This document shows, in pieces, positions 28,307-38,336 of a stretch of 58,431 bases of DNA. The DNA is from Bacteroidales bacterium (GTDB taxonomy: Bacteria; Bacteroidota; Bacteroidia; Bacteroidales; PUMT01). The first letter of the stretch is position 1, and the number at the start of each line of letters is the position of its first letter. Both the position numbers and the translations under genes were made by a program. The notes below the pieces were generated by a model. That model had not been told where the DNA came from. It was given only the letters and a program-made list of their open reading frames with translations, and did not search any database. The DNA is taken from assembly GCA_007133565.1 (NCBI GenBank), contig SLMM01000036.1, positions 1-58,431 on the forward strand. The letters run 5' to 3'.

Positions 28307-29314
28307 TTAGTAAATAACTGTGCCGTCACGGTGCTTTTCAATATAGTTGGTAAGAGTAACAAAATCGTTGACTGTAAGCTGTTCCGGCCTATGTGAAAGA
28401 AGTCCCCCGGCAGTGCCGCGAACCCCTTTCCAGTCATCTTCGCGCCCCTCAGGCGAATTAATCTCCTGCCGGCTTATGCTGTTGCCGGTAATTTCATGCC
28501 CTGGGAGAAGAAGGGGTCCCAGTGAATTCCTGAGCATCTTGCGCCTCTGGTTAAAGGCCGTCTTCACCACCCTGAAAAACAGCTTTTCATTGCAGGGTAA
28601 TTCTGCATAACCTGCTGCCTCCTGGATTGCCTTCCCGCCTGCCTTCTGACCTGCCCTGGCGGCTGCCTCCTGATCTGCCTTCCTGGCAGCATTCTCATCT
28701 GCCCTGGCAGCTGCCTCCCGGCCTGCTTTCCCTTCTCCCCCCTTTAACCTCCGCGTAAGCCTGATCACAGCCGAAGTTACTTTCGGAGGGGGAACGAATA
28801 CCTGTGGGGGAACGGTGAACAGCAACACGGCATCATAATAGGCCTGCAGCAGTACGCTCAGTATGCCGTAAGTCTTTGACCCCGGCGGGGCCACTATCCT
28901 GCCGGCAACCTCCTTTTGAACCATGCAGACCACCTCTTTGACAAGGTGCCTGTTTTCAAGTATTTTAAAAAAAATCTGGCTTGAGATGTTGTAGGGGAAG
29001 TTACCGATGATGGCAAGCGGTTGCGTATATTTCCGCGAAAGCGTGTACCTTAGGAAATCCTCCTGGTCGATCATCCCTTTTGTTTCGGGGTACCGTTCTT
29101 TGAGGTATGCGGCCGATTCAGGATCAATCTCAACCAGGCGCAGCGAGATATCTCTTTTTTCCAGGAGGTGTTCAGTCAGCACCCCTGTTCCGGGCCCTAC
29201 TTCGAGAAGGTTTTTGTAGCCGTCGAATGAGAGGGCCCGCGTTATCTTTGCAGCTATGTTCCTGTCTGCCAGAAAGTGCTGTCCAAGGCTTTTTTTCGGG
29301 TTGACAGGGTACAT
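28307..29314 (-). CDS. rsmA: 16S rRNA m6,2A dimethyltransferase with two C-terminal insertions
   Basis: 'KKSLGQHFL', 'EVGPGTG', 'GNFPYNISS', 'MVQKEVA', 'FVPPPKV', 'FNQRRKMLRNSL', 'RPEQL'. Confidence 0.96.
   Translation of the reverse strand: MYPVNPKKSLGQHFLADRNIAAKITRALSFDGYKNLLEVGPGTGVLTEHLLEKRDISLRLVEIDPESAAYLKERYPETKGMIDQEDFLRYTLSRKYTQPLAIIGNFPYNISSQIFFKILENRHLVKEVVCMVQKEVAGRIVAPPGSKTYGILSVLLQAYYDAVLLFTVPPQVFVPPPKVTSAVIRLTRRLKGGEGKAGREAAARADENAARKADQEAAARAGQKAGGKAIQEAAGYAELPCNEKLFFRVVKTAFNQRRKMLRNSLGPLLLPGHEITGNSISRQEINSPEGREDDWKGVRGTAGGLLSHRPEQLTVNDFVTLTNYIEKHRDGTVIY
28603..28742. repeat. Degenerate 24-bp tandem repeat (5 full units plus a partial one), in frame within rsmA
   Basis: Units start at 28603, 28627, 28651, 28675, 28699 and 28723; e.g. 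ctgccctggcggctgcctcctgat versus ctgccctggcagctgcctcccggc. Confidence 0.8.
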
Positions 29315-29385
29315 AATAGTGACTGTTTACAGCCGCATGGCGGGTTCGGGCCGGGATCACGCCATATAGCTGAAGCCCCGGCAGG

Positions 29386-30630
29386 TCAGGCCACCTTGAG
29401 CTTCTTGAAATTCACCTTTTCAATCTTTTCGCGGGCAAACTTGATGTCAATCTGCAGTTTGCCGTGCTTGCCGGAGGGCATCTCGAACATCGGGTCTATC
29501 ATTATCGCCTCGCATATTGAGCGCAGCCCCCGTGCACCCAGCTTGAACTCGATCGCCTTGTCGACAATGTACTCAAGCACCTCCTCTTCGATCTCCAGGT
29601 CTATGCCGTCCATTTTGAAAAGCTTGACATACTGCTTGATCATCGAGTTTTTGGGCTCTGTAAGAATGGAGCGGAGAGTGGACCTGTCGAGAGGGTTCAG
29701 GAATGTGAGCACCGGCAGCCTCCCGATGATCTCGGGAATAAGTCCGTATGACTTGAGATCCTGCGGCGCTATATACTGGAGAAGATTGTCACGGTCAACC
29801 TGCTCGGATTTAACGGCGGCAGTGTATCCCACCACCTTGGTGTTCAGCCTTTGGGCAATCTTTTTCTCTATACCGTCGAATGCTCCGCCGCAGATAAACA
29901 GTATATTCTTGGTATTGACAGGTATCATCTTCTGGTCGGGATGCTTTCGGCCGCCCTGCGGCGGGACGTTCACCACCGAGCCTTCCAGCAGCTTCAGCAG
30001 CCCCTGCTGCACCCCCTCGCCGCTCACGTCGCGTGTTATTGAGGGATTGTCGCTTTTACGCGCTATCTTGTCTATCTCATCAATAAAAACTATCCCCCTT
30101 TCGGCCGATTCAACGTTGTAATCTGAAACCTGCAGCAGCCTCGTCAGTATGCTTTCAATATCCTCGCCCACGTATCCCGCTTCGGTAAGCACAGTAGCAT
30201 CGACGATGGTGAAGGGCACATGAAGCATCCGTGCGATGGTGCGCGCCAGCAGGGTCTTGCCCGTGCCTGTCTCCCCTACCAGGATGATGTTCGATTTTTC
30301 GATCTCCACTTCCTGATCATCCCTGTGGTTGCCCTGCATCAGCCTCTTGTAGTGGTTGTAAACGGCCACCGAAAGGAACTTCTTGGCCTCTTCCTGCCCG
30401 ATCACGTACTGGTCGAGAAAGGCCTTTATCTCGATCGGCTTGAGCAGCTTTATGTGCTGCAGGTCAAGTTCGGCCTTTGATTTGACCTCCTCCTTAACTA
30501 TGCCATAGGCCTGTTCGGCGCAGGAATCGCATATGTGTCCGGATACTCCGGCAATAAGCAGGTTGGTCTCCTTTTTGGTCCTGCCGCAGAAAGAGCATCT
30601 TTCCGATTTTTTTTCGTTCGAATAAGCCAT
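29386..30630 (-). CDS. clpX: ATP-dependent Clp protease ATP-binding subunit
   Basis: C4 zinc finger 'CSFC...ICDSC'; Walker A 'GETGTGKT'; 'GYVGEDIE'; 'RDVSGEGVQQ'; 'GARGLR'. Confidence 0.98.
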   Translation of the reverse strand: MAYSNEKKSERCSFCGRTKKETNLLIAGVSGHICDSCAEQAYGIVKEEVKSKAELDLQHIKLLKPIEIKAFLDQYVIGQEEAKKFLSVAVYNHYKRLMQGNHRDDQEVEIEKSNIILVGETGTGKTLLARTIARMLHVPFTIVDATVLTEAGYVGEDIESILTRLLQVSDYNVESAERGIVFIDEIDKIARKSDNPSITRDVSGEGVQQGLLKLLEGSVVNVPPQGGRKHPDQKMIPVNTKNILFICGGAFDGIEKKIAQRLNTKVVGYTAAVKSEQVDRDNLLQYIAPQDLKSYGLIPEIIGRLPVLTFLNPLDRSTLRSILTEPKNSMIKQYVKLFKMDGIDLEIEEEVLEYIVDKAIEFKLGARGLRSICEAIMIDPMFEMPSGKHGKLQIDIKFAREKIEKVNFKKLKVA

Positions 30631-30732
30631 TTTGAAGATGTTATGTTACCCGCCCACCCGTTGGTGTGTCAGCTTGCGGGGGGGATGTAAAACTAATTCA
30701 TTTTCATTGAATATGAAAATAATGGCTATACT

Positions 30733-31419
30733 TTATTTCGCCTTCTTGCCGTTCCTTAACAGGACCTCGTCGATCATGCCGTATTTCTTAGCTTCATCGG
30801 AGGTCATCCAGAAGTCGCGGTCGGCATCTTTTTCAACCTGGTTGTAGGTTTTCCCGGTGTGGTAGGCAATGATGTCGTAAAGCTCCTTCTTGAGCTTCTG
30901 GATCTCGCGCACCGTTATCTCGATATCCGATACCGGGCCCTGGGCGCCGCCCATGGGCTGGTGTATCATCATGCGCGAATGCTTCAGTCCGCTTCGTTTT
31001 CCTTTGGTGCCGGCGGCCAGAAGTATGGCGGCCATTGATGCGGCCATCCCTGTACAGATGGTGGCAACGTCAGAACCTATGTACTGCATGGTGTCATAGA
31101 TTCCCAGGCCTGCATGCACGGAGCCTCCAGGACTGTTTATATAGATCTGTATGTCTTTCGACGGATCTGATGACTCCAGGTACAGCAGCTGGGCCTGTAC
31201 GATATTCGCCACGTAGTCGTCTACCGGAAGTCCCAGGAATATGATCCTGTCCATCATCAGCCTTGAGAAAACATCCATGGTGGCAATGTTGAGCTGACGC
31301 TCCTCGATAATGGTAGGTGATATGTATGCGTTCAACAGCGACTGGTAGCTGTCAATCCTTGCACCGCTTATCCCGAGATGCCCGGTGGCGTATTTGCGGA
31401 AGTCCTTCTCTTTGCTCAT
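30733..31419 (-). CDS. clpP: ATP-dependent Clp protease proteolytic subunit
   Basis: 'DVFSRLMMDRIIFL', 'YINSPGG', 'GMAASMA', 'MIHQP', 'DRDFWM'. Confidence 0.98.
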   Translation of the reverse strand: MSKEKDFRKYATGHLGISGARIDSYQSLLNAYISPTIIEERQLNIATMDVFSRLMMDRIIFLGLPVDDYVANIVQAQLLYLESSDPSKDIQIYINSPGGSVHAGLGIYDTMQYIGSDVATICTGMAASMAAILLAAGTKGKRSGLKHSRMMIHQPMGGAQGPVSDIEITVREIQKLKKELYDIIAYHTGKTYNQVEKDADRDFWMTSDEAKKYGMIDEVLLRNGKKAK

Positions 31420-31478
31420 TTATGACTGATTTATTGGTTACAGATGTAAAATTAAAAAATATTGACGGCTGCCGCGCC

Positions 31479-32837
31479 CTATTTATCTTCAAAAAGTTTT
31501 GAAAACTCTTCTTCCTTGATTTTTTTCTCTTCCAGCTTTACCGTTTCCTTAGCCAGCTGAGTAATCTTTTCCTGGAACCTCTGCTCATACAGCCTTCTCC
31601 TTTCCTGGTCCTTTTTAAGCATCTCGGCTGCATAGTTATTCAGGTGCTCTTCAGGTATATTGGCCATTCCGTATTGCCTGAACTGCATGAGAACCTGCTG
31701 CCGTGCCAGTTCTTCGATCTCCTCGGGCTCAACCTTGAGCTCGAATTTTTTTATGATGGCATCCTGTATAAGCTGCCATTTCAGGTTATCTTTAACTTTT
31801 TCAAAATCCTTATCAAGCTCCTCCTCGGTAAGTTTTCCCTCATTTGATTCAAGCAGCCAGCGCCTGATGAATTCCTCGGGGAGGTCTGATTTGAACTTGC
31901 CGGTCATTTTTGACTTAAGGTCAAGGAAAAGCTTGTAATCACTGTTTTGCGCATAAGCCCTCTCAATCTCCTCCCTGAGCCTGTTCCTGAACTCCTCTTC
32001 GGAGGTTACCGCCCCTTCGCCAAACGCCTTGTCAAAGAATTCCTGGTTGATCTCCGCCTTTTTCCACCTGCTGATCTCCTCTATAGTCAGCTGGAAAAGC
32101 ATCGATTCGGTCTCAAGCTGCTCCTTGCTTATGTTAAGCAGACGTGTCAGCTCGGCATCACTGGGATAAGCCTTTTTGAGGTCTATCTGCAGCACATCTC
32201 CCACTTTCGCCCCGGTAAGCTGCTTTTTAACCTCCTCGTCTTTTACAACCTTCATCGAGAGCGAGGCATTTTCGACCGTAATACCGCCTTCAATAACCTC
32301 TCCTTCGGATGTAAGCTGGCTGAGGGTGCCCTTTACCACGTCCTCTTCCTGCACCTCTTCGCCGTCAACCATTTCTCCATACTGGCTGGCGTAGCTGTCG
32401 GCGTGTTTGTCGATCAGCTTCTTGTTGGCATCAATCTTATAATAGGTCAGCTTGTCCTTTTTTGACATTTCGGCGTCCACCTCAGGCGCCAGGCCGATAT
32501 CAAAAACAAATTCGAAGTCTTCCTGGCTGTCGAAGTCGACATCCTTCTGCTCATCCTTGTTGGAAAGAGGTTCTCCAAGGATGTTAAGCTTTTCGTCGTC
32601 TATGTATTTGGTAAGCTGTTCGGAAACGAGCTTGTTGATCTCCTCCAGCAGAACCGGTTTGTAGTACATCCGCTTTATCATGCCCATGGGTACCATCCCG
32701 GGCCTGAAGCCGGGCATGTTGGCATTGCGCTTGTAGTCCTTCAGCTTGTCATTTACAGCTTTTTCATAATCCTTTTTCTCAACCTGGATCCTGATAATCG
32801 CGTTAAGATCGTCCTTGTTCTCTCTTGTAACCTGCAT
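31479..32837 (-). CDS. tig: Trigger factor
   Basis: Ribosome-binding signature 'MPGFRPGMVP'; upstream of clpP-clpX. Confidence 0.95.
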   Translation of the reverse strand: MQVTRENKDDLNAIIRIQVEKKDYEKAVNDKLKDYKRNANMPGFRPGMVPMGMIKRMYYKPVLLEEINKLVSEQLTKYIDDEKLNILGEPLSNKDEQKDVDFDSQEDFEFVFDIGLAPEVDAEMSKKDKLTYYKIDANKKLIDKHADSYASQYGEMVDGEEVQEEDVVKGTLSQLTSEGEVIEGGITVENASLSMKVVKDEEVKKQLTGAKVGDVLQIDLKKAYPSDAELTRLLNISKEQLETESMLFQLTIEEISRWKKAEINQEFFDKAFGEGAVTSEEEFRNRLREEIERAYAQNSDYKLFLDLKSKMTGKFKSDLPEEFIRRWLLESNEGKLTEEELDKDFEKVKDNLKWQLIQDAIIKKFELKVEPEEIEELARQQVLMQFRQYGMANIPEEHLNNYAAEMLKKDQERRRLYEQRFQEKITQLAKETVKLEEKKIKEEEFSKLFEDK

Positions 32838-32940
32838 TTGAGATTGTTTTTTTATAGTTAAAGGGCTGACCGAAAACTATAATTTTCTGCCGTTGCCGGG
32901 AATCAGAAAGCGAAGAGACAGGCCGGCAGGCGCTCCGGTC

Positions 32941-32984
32941 AAAAAACCGCCAAAACTACCCTCTTCATACCGGTTGTTTGGCGG
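32941..32984 (-). terminator. Probable intrinsic terminator after tRNA-Leu
   Basis: CCGCCAAA (32947-32954) pairs with TTTGGCGG (32977-32984); A6 at 32941-32946 gives a U tail on the minus strand; loop is long and partly paired. Confidence 0.6.
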
Positions 32985-32994
32985 CTCAAATCTG

Positions 32995-33076
32995 TGCGGA
33001 TGAAGGGACTCGAACCCCCACGCCTTGCGGCACTAGATCCTAAGTCTAGCGCGTCTACCAGTTCCGCCACATCCGC
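32995..33076 (-). tRNA. tRNA-Leu (anticodon TAG), CCA not encoded
   Basis: Minus strand GCGGATGTGGCGGAACTGGTAGACGCG-CTAGA-CTTAGGA-TCTAG-TGCCGCAAGGCGT-GGGGGTTCGAGTCCCT-TCATCCGC-A; long variable arm; 82 nt. Confidence 0.98.
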
Positions 33077-33087
33077 AAAATAAGGCG

Positions 33088-33095
33088 CAAAGGTA
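33088..33095 (-). promoter_or_regulatory. Bacteroidota -7 promoter element (TACCTTTG) for tRNA-Leu
   Basis: Consensus match 11 nt upstream of the tRNA 5' end. Confidence 0.7.
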
Positions 33096-33154
33096 TTAAA
33101 AAAAACATAAACCCGAAAAAAACCTGAAATAAAGTTGATCCGTAAGGAGGCTCC

Positions 33155-33934
33155 TTACCTAATCAGTGAGAAATTCTGGCCCAGGTATAGCTTCCTTACC
33201 TGTTCATCTTCGGCAAGGTCTTCGGCGCTGCCCGATTTAAGTATTTTGCCCTCGAAGAGCAGGTAGGCCCGGTCGGTTATTGACAGGGTTTCATGAACAT
33301 TATGGTCGGTTATAAGTATACCGATATTCTTTTCCCGCAGTTTACGGACTATATCCTGAATATCCTCAACGGCAATCGGGTCAACTCCGGCGAAAGGTTC
33401 ATCAAGAAGGATGAATTTCGGCTTCAGCGCAAGCGACCTTGCTATCTCGGTGCGCCGTCTCTCGCCTCCTGAAAGAGTTATGCCAGGGCTTTTCCTTATG
33501 TGCTGAAGCCCGAATTCCTCAAGAAGTGTTTCCACGCGTTCCTTGCGGTCAGCCTTTGGTATTTTTGACATTTCCAGCACTGCATTCAGGTTGTCTTCAA
33601 CAGAAAGCCTCCTGAAGACAGATGCCTCCTGTGCAAGATATCCTATACCCCGCTGGGCCCTGCGATATACCGGTTCGTCTGTTATATTCTCATCATTAAG
33701 ATATATGTCACCCTCATTGGGTGTTATAAGCCCCACTATCATGTAGAATGAGGTTGTCTTGCCTGCCCCGTTGGGCCCGAGCAGGCCCACTATCTCACCC
33801 TGGCCGACATCGATTGATACGTGATCGACAACAGTCCTTTTACGGTATCTTTTTACCAGGTCCTTTGTCGTGAGGATCATTTTATCATCCATCTCCTGCT
33901 GTTTCTCTTCGTTATTTTTAATAATGTCCTCCAT
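33155..33934 (-). CDS. lptB: LPS export ABC transporter ATP-binding protein
   Basis: '[12 protein letters not shown]', '[10 protein letters not shown]', 'LSGGERRR', '[11 protein letters not shown]', 'TDHNV', 'YLG'; start uncertain (33934, 33892 or 33880). Confidence 0.95.
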   Translation of the reverse strand: MEDIIKNNEEKQQEMDDKMILTTKDLVKRYRKRTVVDHVSIDVGQGEIVGLLGPNGAGKTTSFYMIVGLITPNEGDIYLNDENITDEPVYRRAQRGIGYLAQEASVFRRLSVEDNLNAVLEMSKIPKADRKERVETLLEEFGLQHIRKSPGITLSGGERRRTEIARSLALKPKFILLDEPFAGVDPIAVEDIQDIVRKLREKNIGILITDHNVHETLSITDRAYLLFEGKILKSGSAEDLAEDEQVRKLYLGQNFSLIR

Positions 33935-33987
33935 AACTTGGATCTTTTTTGAAACCGGCCGGACGGCCGGCAAGATTATCCTGTGTT

Positions 33988-34797
33988 TCAGGCAGCCATC
34001 TGCTCTTTTCTAACTATCCTTTTTGAAAGACGTATGCCTACCTCGTAAAGCACCATAAGCGGCACAACCACCAGAATCTGGCTGAAAACATCGGGCGGGG
34101 TTATGATTGCCGACAGGGCAAGAAGTACCACCAGTGCGTGCCTGCGGTATTTCTTCAAAAATTCAGGCGACACGAGCCCAATCTTGGTAAGGAAGTAGAT
34201 AAGCACCGGCAGTTCAAAAATAAGCCCTACAGCCAGCGCAATGGCGCTAACAGTTGATATGTAGGAGATAAGGTTTATCTGGTTCGTTACCTCGGCGCTT
34301 ACCTGGTAGGTGCCGAGAAAATGCACCGAGAGCGGTATTATCACGAAATAGGCGAACAAAACCCCGAGAATGAACAGTATTGATATATAGAAGACAGCCC
34401 CGCGGGCATAGGTCCTTTCCTTTTCGTAAAGGGCGGGACCGATAAACCGCCACATTTCAAATACAAGGTAAGGAAATGACAGTATGAGGCCGAGTATCAT
34501 GGAAACCATTATGTGTGTCGTAAACTGGCCTGCCATGTTAATATTGATAAGCTGAAACGGTTCGGAATTTATGCACAGCGCTCTTATGCCTATCCATGTC
34601 CCGAAAGAGCAGAGGTTACGGTTTGTGAAAAACTCAGGCGTCTTGGGTGCAATTATTATGTTTGTGAATATGAAATCTTTAAAGATAAATGCAACTATCG
34701 CAAATACAATTATCGATAGGATAGATCTTACCAGGTGCCACCTCAGTGCTTCAAGGTGGTCAAGGAATGACATTTCATTTTCTGCCGCTTTTGCCAT
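33988..34797 (-). CDS. tatC: Twin-arginine translocase subunit TatC
   Basis: '[11 protein letters not shown]', 'WRFIGPALY', 'FELP', 'ITPPD', 'PLMVLYE'. Confidence 0.96.
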   Translation of the reverse strand: MAKAAENEMSFLDHLEALRWHLVRSILSIIVFAIVAFIFKDFIFTNIIIAPKTPEFFTNRNLCSFGTWIGIRALCINSEPFQLININMAGQFTTHIMVSMILGLILSFPYLVFEMWRFIGPALYEKERTYARGAVFYISILFILGVLFAYFVIIPLSVHFLGTYQVSAEVTNQINLISYISTVSAIALAVGLIFELPVLIYFLTKIGLVSPEFLKKYRRHALVVLLALSAIITPPDVFSQILVVVPLMVLYEVGIRLSKRIVRKEQMAA

Positions 34798-34817
34798 ATT
34801 GCAAATAAAACAATTTT

Positions 34818-35801
34818 TTAAACAACTCCTTCCTTAAGAATGTCATGCAGGTGAATTATCCCGGCATAGTACCCGTTCCTGAGTATAAGCAATTGTGTAA
34901 TGTTATTTTTTCTCATCTTGTCGAAAGCTTCAATTGCAAGCGCATCATATTCAATCGTCCTGGGATTTTTTGTCATGATATCCCCTGCCTGCAGTGAATT
35001 TATATCGCTGTTCTTTTCGAGCATCCTTCTCAGGTCGCCATCGGTAATTATTCCTGCAAGGTTTCCATTTTCATCCATTACCGCTGTAGCGCCAAGCCTG
35101 TTTGAAGAGATCTCTACAATTGAACGTGAGATTGTGTCATTTATGCTGACCTTTGGAAATTTATTTTCGAGATAGAAATCTGACACCCTCATGTAAAGTT
35201 TCTTTCCCAATGAGCCGCCCGGATGAAATTTTGCGTAGTCCTTTTCGGTAAATCCCCTGCATTCAAGAAGGCAAACGGCCAGCGCATCGCCTGTAACAAG
35301 CTGGACCGTGGTGCTGGAGGTGGGAGCAAGGTTGTTGGGGCAGGCCTCCTTATCTACAGGGGTGATTATTGACAGGTCAGATTTCTGGGCAAGGAAGGAA
35401 TCTCTTTTTGACACAATGGCTATTATTTTATTGCCCAGGTTTTTGATAAGCGGAATCAGAAGTTTTATCTCAGGTGAATTACCGCTTTTCGAAATGCAAA
35501 GCACTATATCCTCCTCCTGGATAATTCCGAGGTCGCCGTGAATGGCATCGGCGGCATGCATGAATATTGACGGGGTACCTGTAGAATTAAGGGTTGCTAC
35601 AATTTTGGAACCGATAATGGCGCTTTTTCCGATTCCGGTCACAACCAGCCTGCCCCTGCTGGTAAGAATAAGCTCAACAGCTTTTGCAAACTCATCGTCA
35701 ATAGCTCCGGCCAGCAGGCTTATTGCCTGTGATTCATCAGTGATGACCTGCCGGGCTGTTTTTATAATATCCTCGAAAACAATTTTACCTGGTGTGTACA
35801 C
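34818..35801 (-). CDS. kdsD: Arabinose-5-phosphate isomerase, KpsF/GutQ family
   Basis: SIS domain 'TGIGKS', 'HGDLG', 'EACPNNLAPTSST', 'FHPGGSLG'; CBS pair; GTG start. Confidence 0.93.
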   Translation of the reverse strand: MYTPGKIVFEDIIKTARQVITDESQAISLLAGAIDDEFAKAVELILTSRGRLVVTGIGKSAIIGSKIVATLNSTGTPSIFMHAADAIHGDLGIIQEEDIVLCISKSGNSPEIKLLIPLIKNLGNKIIAIVSKRDSFLAQKSDLSIITPVDKEACPNNLAPTSSTTVQLVTGDALAVCLLECRGFTEKDYAKFHPGGSLGKKLYMRVSDFYLENKFPKVSINDTISRSIVEISSNRLGATAVMDENGNLAGIITDGDLRRMLEKNSDINSLQAGDIMTKNPRTIEYDALAIEAFDKMRKNNITQLLILRNGYYAGIIHLHDILKEGVV

Positions 35802-35885
35802 GTTTCGTATTGATTTTTAATCAGGTAATGTTAAAATTATTTAACAAGCGCAACTATTTTTAAAAAAAGTTGTAAATTTAGACTG

Positions 35886-36034
35886 CAAAGTTATCTTTTT
35901 ATATATTTAAAAAAACACCCCGTTTATGCCGTCCAAAGGATATTCCAGTAATTTATCCTCCTGCTGTTCGTTATTTTTATGTATAAAAGCATAACATTGG
36001 TCAATAAATATTTTTTGTTAATGTAATATATTTG
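35886..36034. promoter_or_regulatory. Divergent Bacteroidota promoters for kdsD (TAACTTTG, minus, 35886-35893) and recQ (TATATTTG, plus, 36027-36034)
   Basis: Two TAnnTTTG matches pointing outward in a very AT-rich spacer. Confidence 0.55.
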
Positions 36035-36096
36035 TATATTATCATGGTTTTGCATGATTTTTGATAGGACATCAAAATTTTTTATATTGAGTTTAG

Positions 36097-38298
36097 ATGA
36101 AAATGGGAATAAATTCCGGCATATCCCTTCTTGATAGCCTGAAGACAAACTTTGGTTTTACCAGTTTTAAAGGCAACCAGGAGGATATTATCCGGAACGT
36201 GATGGAAGGGAATGATACTTTTGTGCTGATGCCAACGGGCGGAGGTAAATCTCTGTGTTACCAGTTGCCGGCTTTGCTGCTTGAAGGTACTGCAATAATT
36301 ATTTCTCCACTTATAGCCCTGATGAAGAACCAGGTTGATGCGATCAGGGCTTTCAGCGCCGACGACGGGGTGGCGCATTTTATGAACTCTTCACTTACAA
36401 AGGCTGCTATTCAGAAGGTAAAGGAGGACCTCCTTTCGGGGAAGACAAAGATGCTTTACGTTGCCCCCGAATCGCTTACCAAGGCTGACAATGTCCAGTT
36501 CCTGAGGCAGGTACGTGTTTCGTTCTATGCCATTGATGAGGCACATTGTATCTCAGAATGGGGACATGATTTCCGGCCGGAATACAGGCGCATCCGGGCA
36601 ATTATAAATGAAGTGGGTGTTGCCCCGATAATTGCACTCACCGCAACCGCTACACCAAAAGTGCAGCACGATATACAGAAGAACCTTGGAATGCTTGACG
36701 CAAAGGTGTTCAAGTCCTCTTTCAACAGGCCAAACCTTTATTATGAAATACGGCCCAAGGTACAGGCCACAAAGGAGATAATCAGGTTCATAAAGAACAA
36801 CCCCGGTAAATCCGGAATTATTTACTGTTTGAGCCGTAAAAAGGTCGAAGAGCTTGCACAGACCCTGACCATAAACGGTATCAGGGCCCTGCCCTATCAT
36901 GCAGGGATGGATTCTGCCACGCGGAGTGCCAACCAGGACAGTTTCCTTATGGAGGAGGCCGACGTGATAGTGGCTACAATTGCCTTCGGTATGGGCATCG
37001 ACAAGCCTGATGTGCGTTTTGTCATACACTATGACATACCCAAGAGCCTGGAGGGCTATTACCAGGAGACCGGCCGTGCCGGTCGTGACGGCGGCGAAGG
37101 AAAGTGTATTACCTTTTACCGCTACAAGGATATACAGAAGCTTGAAAAGTTCATGCAGAACAAACATATTGCCGAACAGGAAATAGGCAAACAGCTTCTG
37201 CTCGAAACAGTTGCCTATGCCGAGAGCGCAGTTTGCCGGCGCAGGCACCTTCTTCATTATTTTGGCGAAGAATACCACGATGAAAGCTGTGACAGTTGTG
37301 ATAACTGCAATCATCCCAAAAAGAGGTTTGAAGGGAAGGATGATATACTGACGGTCCTCCATACAATACTGGCAGTAAAGGAAAAATTCAAGGCTGAGCA
37401 TATTGCCGATATTATTACAGGAAAGAAAACCCAGGCTGTTCAGACATACGGGCATAATGATCTCGAAGTGTTTGGCAAGGGGGCGGAGAAGAATGATAAG
37501 TTCTGGCTAGCGGCAGTCCGTCAGGCAATGATCTCCAAGCTGATTGTGAAGGAAATTGAAAATTACGGACTTCTCAGGTTGAGTGCAGAAGGACACAAAT
37601 TTATTGATAAGCCGACTTCGTTCATGCTGGTCGAGGAGCAGGAATATGACTATAACGATCCCTCCGATTCGAACGGTTCAAACGGAGGCAGGACAAGCAC
37701 GGTTGACCTTGAGCTGCTTGCAGTCCTCAAGGATCTTCGCAAGAAGGTATCAAGGAAGCACAACCTGCCGCCTTTTGTTATCTTCCAGGATCCCTCCCTT
37801 GAGGATATGGCGCTTCAGTACCCGGTAAGTATCGAAGAGATGCAGAACATTGCCGGGGTTGGTACCGGGAAAGCTAAAAAGTACGGCAGGGAGTTTGCCG
37901 ATTTGATAAAGGCATACGTTGAGGAAAAGGAGATAATCCGGCCGCAGGATATGGTAGTTAAGTCGGTTGTCAACAAGTCCGGTGTAAAGGTCTCAATAAT
38001 ACAGTCTATCGACCGTAAAATGAGCCTTGATGACATTGCGGCCTCCAAGAACATGGAGATGCATGAGCTGCTTAACGAGATTGAGGCTATTGTAAATTCC
38101 GGCACCAAACTTAATCTTGACTACTATATTGACGGACTCATTGACGAAGAGAGGCAGGCCGAGGTATATGAGTATTTCAGGGAGGAGGCCGAAACCGAAT
38201 CGATCGATGAGGCGCTTGCCGAGCTGGGTGAAGATGACTACTCCGAAGAGGATATCCGGCTTATGAGGATCAAGTTTATCTCCGAACACGGAAACTGA
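36097..38298 (+). CDS. recQ: ATP-dependent DNA helicase RecQ
   Basis: 'MPTGGGKSLCYQLP', 'DEAHCISEWGHDFRP', 'TATA', 'QETGRAGRDG', Zn motif 'CRR...CDSCDNC', RQC and HRDC domains. Confidence 0.97.
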   Translation: MKMGINSGISLLDSLKTNFGFTSFKGNQEDIIRNVMEGNDTFVLMPTGGGKSLCYQLPALLLEGTAIIISPLIALMKNQVDAIRAFSADDGVAHFMNSSLTKAAIQKVKEDLLSGKTKMLYVAPESLTKADNVQFLRQVRVSFYAIDEAHCISEWGHDFRPEYRRIRAIINEVGVAPIIALTATATPKVQHDIQKNLGMLDAKVFKSSFNRPNLYYEIRPKVQATKEIIRFIKNNPGKSGIIYCLSRKKVEELAQTLTINGIRALPYHAGMDSATRSANQDSFLMEEADVIVATIAFGMGIDKPDVRFVIHYDIPKSLEGYYQETGRAGRDGGEGKCITFYRYKDIQKLEKFMQNKHIAEQEIGKQLLLETVAYAESAVCRRRHLLHYFGEEYHDESCDSCDNCNHPKKRFEGKDDILTVLHTILAVKEKFKAEHIADIITGKKTQAVQTYGHNDLEVFGKGAEKNDKFWLAAVRQAMISKLIVKEIENYGLLRLSAEGHKFIDKPTSFMLVEEQEYDYNDPSDSNGSNGGRTSTVDLELLAVLKDLRKKVSRKHNLPPFVIFQDPSLEDMALQYPVSIEEMQNIAGVGTGKAKKYGREFADLIKAYVEEKEIIRPQDMVVKSVVNKSGVKVSIIQSIDRKMSLDDIAASKNMEMHELLNEIEAIVNSGTKLNLDYYIDGLIDEERQAEVYEYFREEAETESIDEALAELGEDDYSEEDIRLMRIKFISEHGN

Positions 38299-38315
38299 CA
38301 TTGCCGGCAGTTTTC

Positions 38316-38336
38316 TGCATGAAACAAATTCATGCA
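38316..38336. repeat. Perfect inverted repeat TGCATGAA-N5-TTCATGCA (terminator-like or operator)
   Basis: Lies between the recQ stop and a TATTTTTG element at 38391-38398; T6 run begins 5 nt after the stem. Confidence 0.6.

Noticed and set aside
29276-30121. 281-aa ORF antisense to clpX
   Set aside because: Ser-rich shadow ORF opposite a highly conserved gene
29386-32837. Apparently more G/C-ending codons in tig-clpP-clpX, suggesting horizontal transfer
   Set aside because: Core, highly expressed genes in the usual order; expression-linked bias is the simpler explanation, and I did not quantify it
32887-32898. 12-mer CTGCCGTTGCCG also present at 58319-58330, possible REP element
   Set aside because: Chance 12-mer matches are expected in 58 kb; no extension or palindrome
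32838-33154. tRNA-Leu as an integration site
   Set aside because: No integrase and no duplicated tRNA 3' end; flanked by core genes
36553-37455. 300-aa ORF antisense to recQ
   Set aside because: Shadow ORF with no recognisable motifs, fully inside recQ
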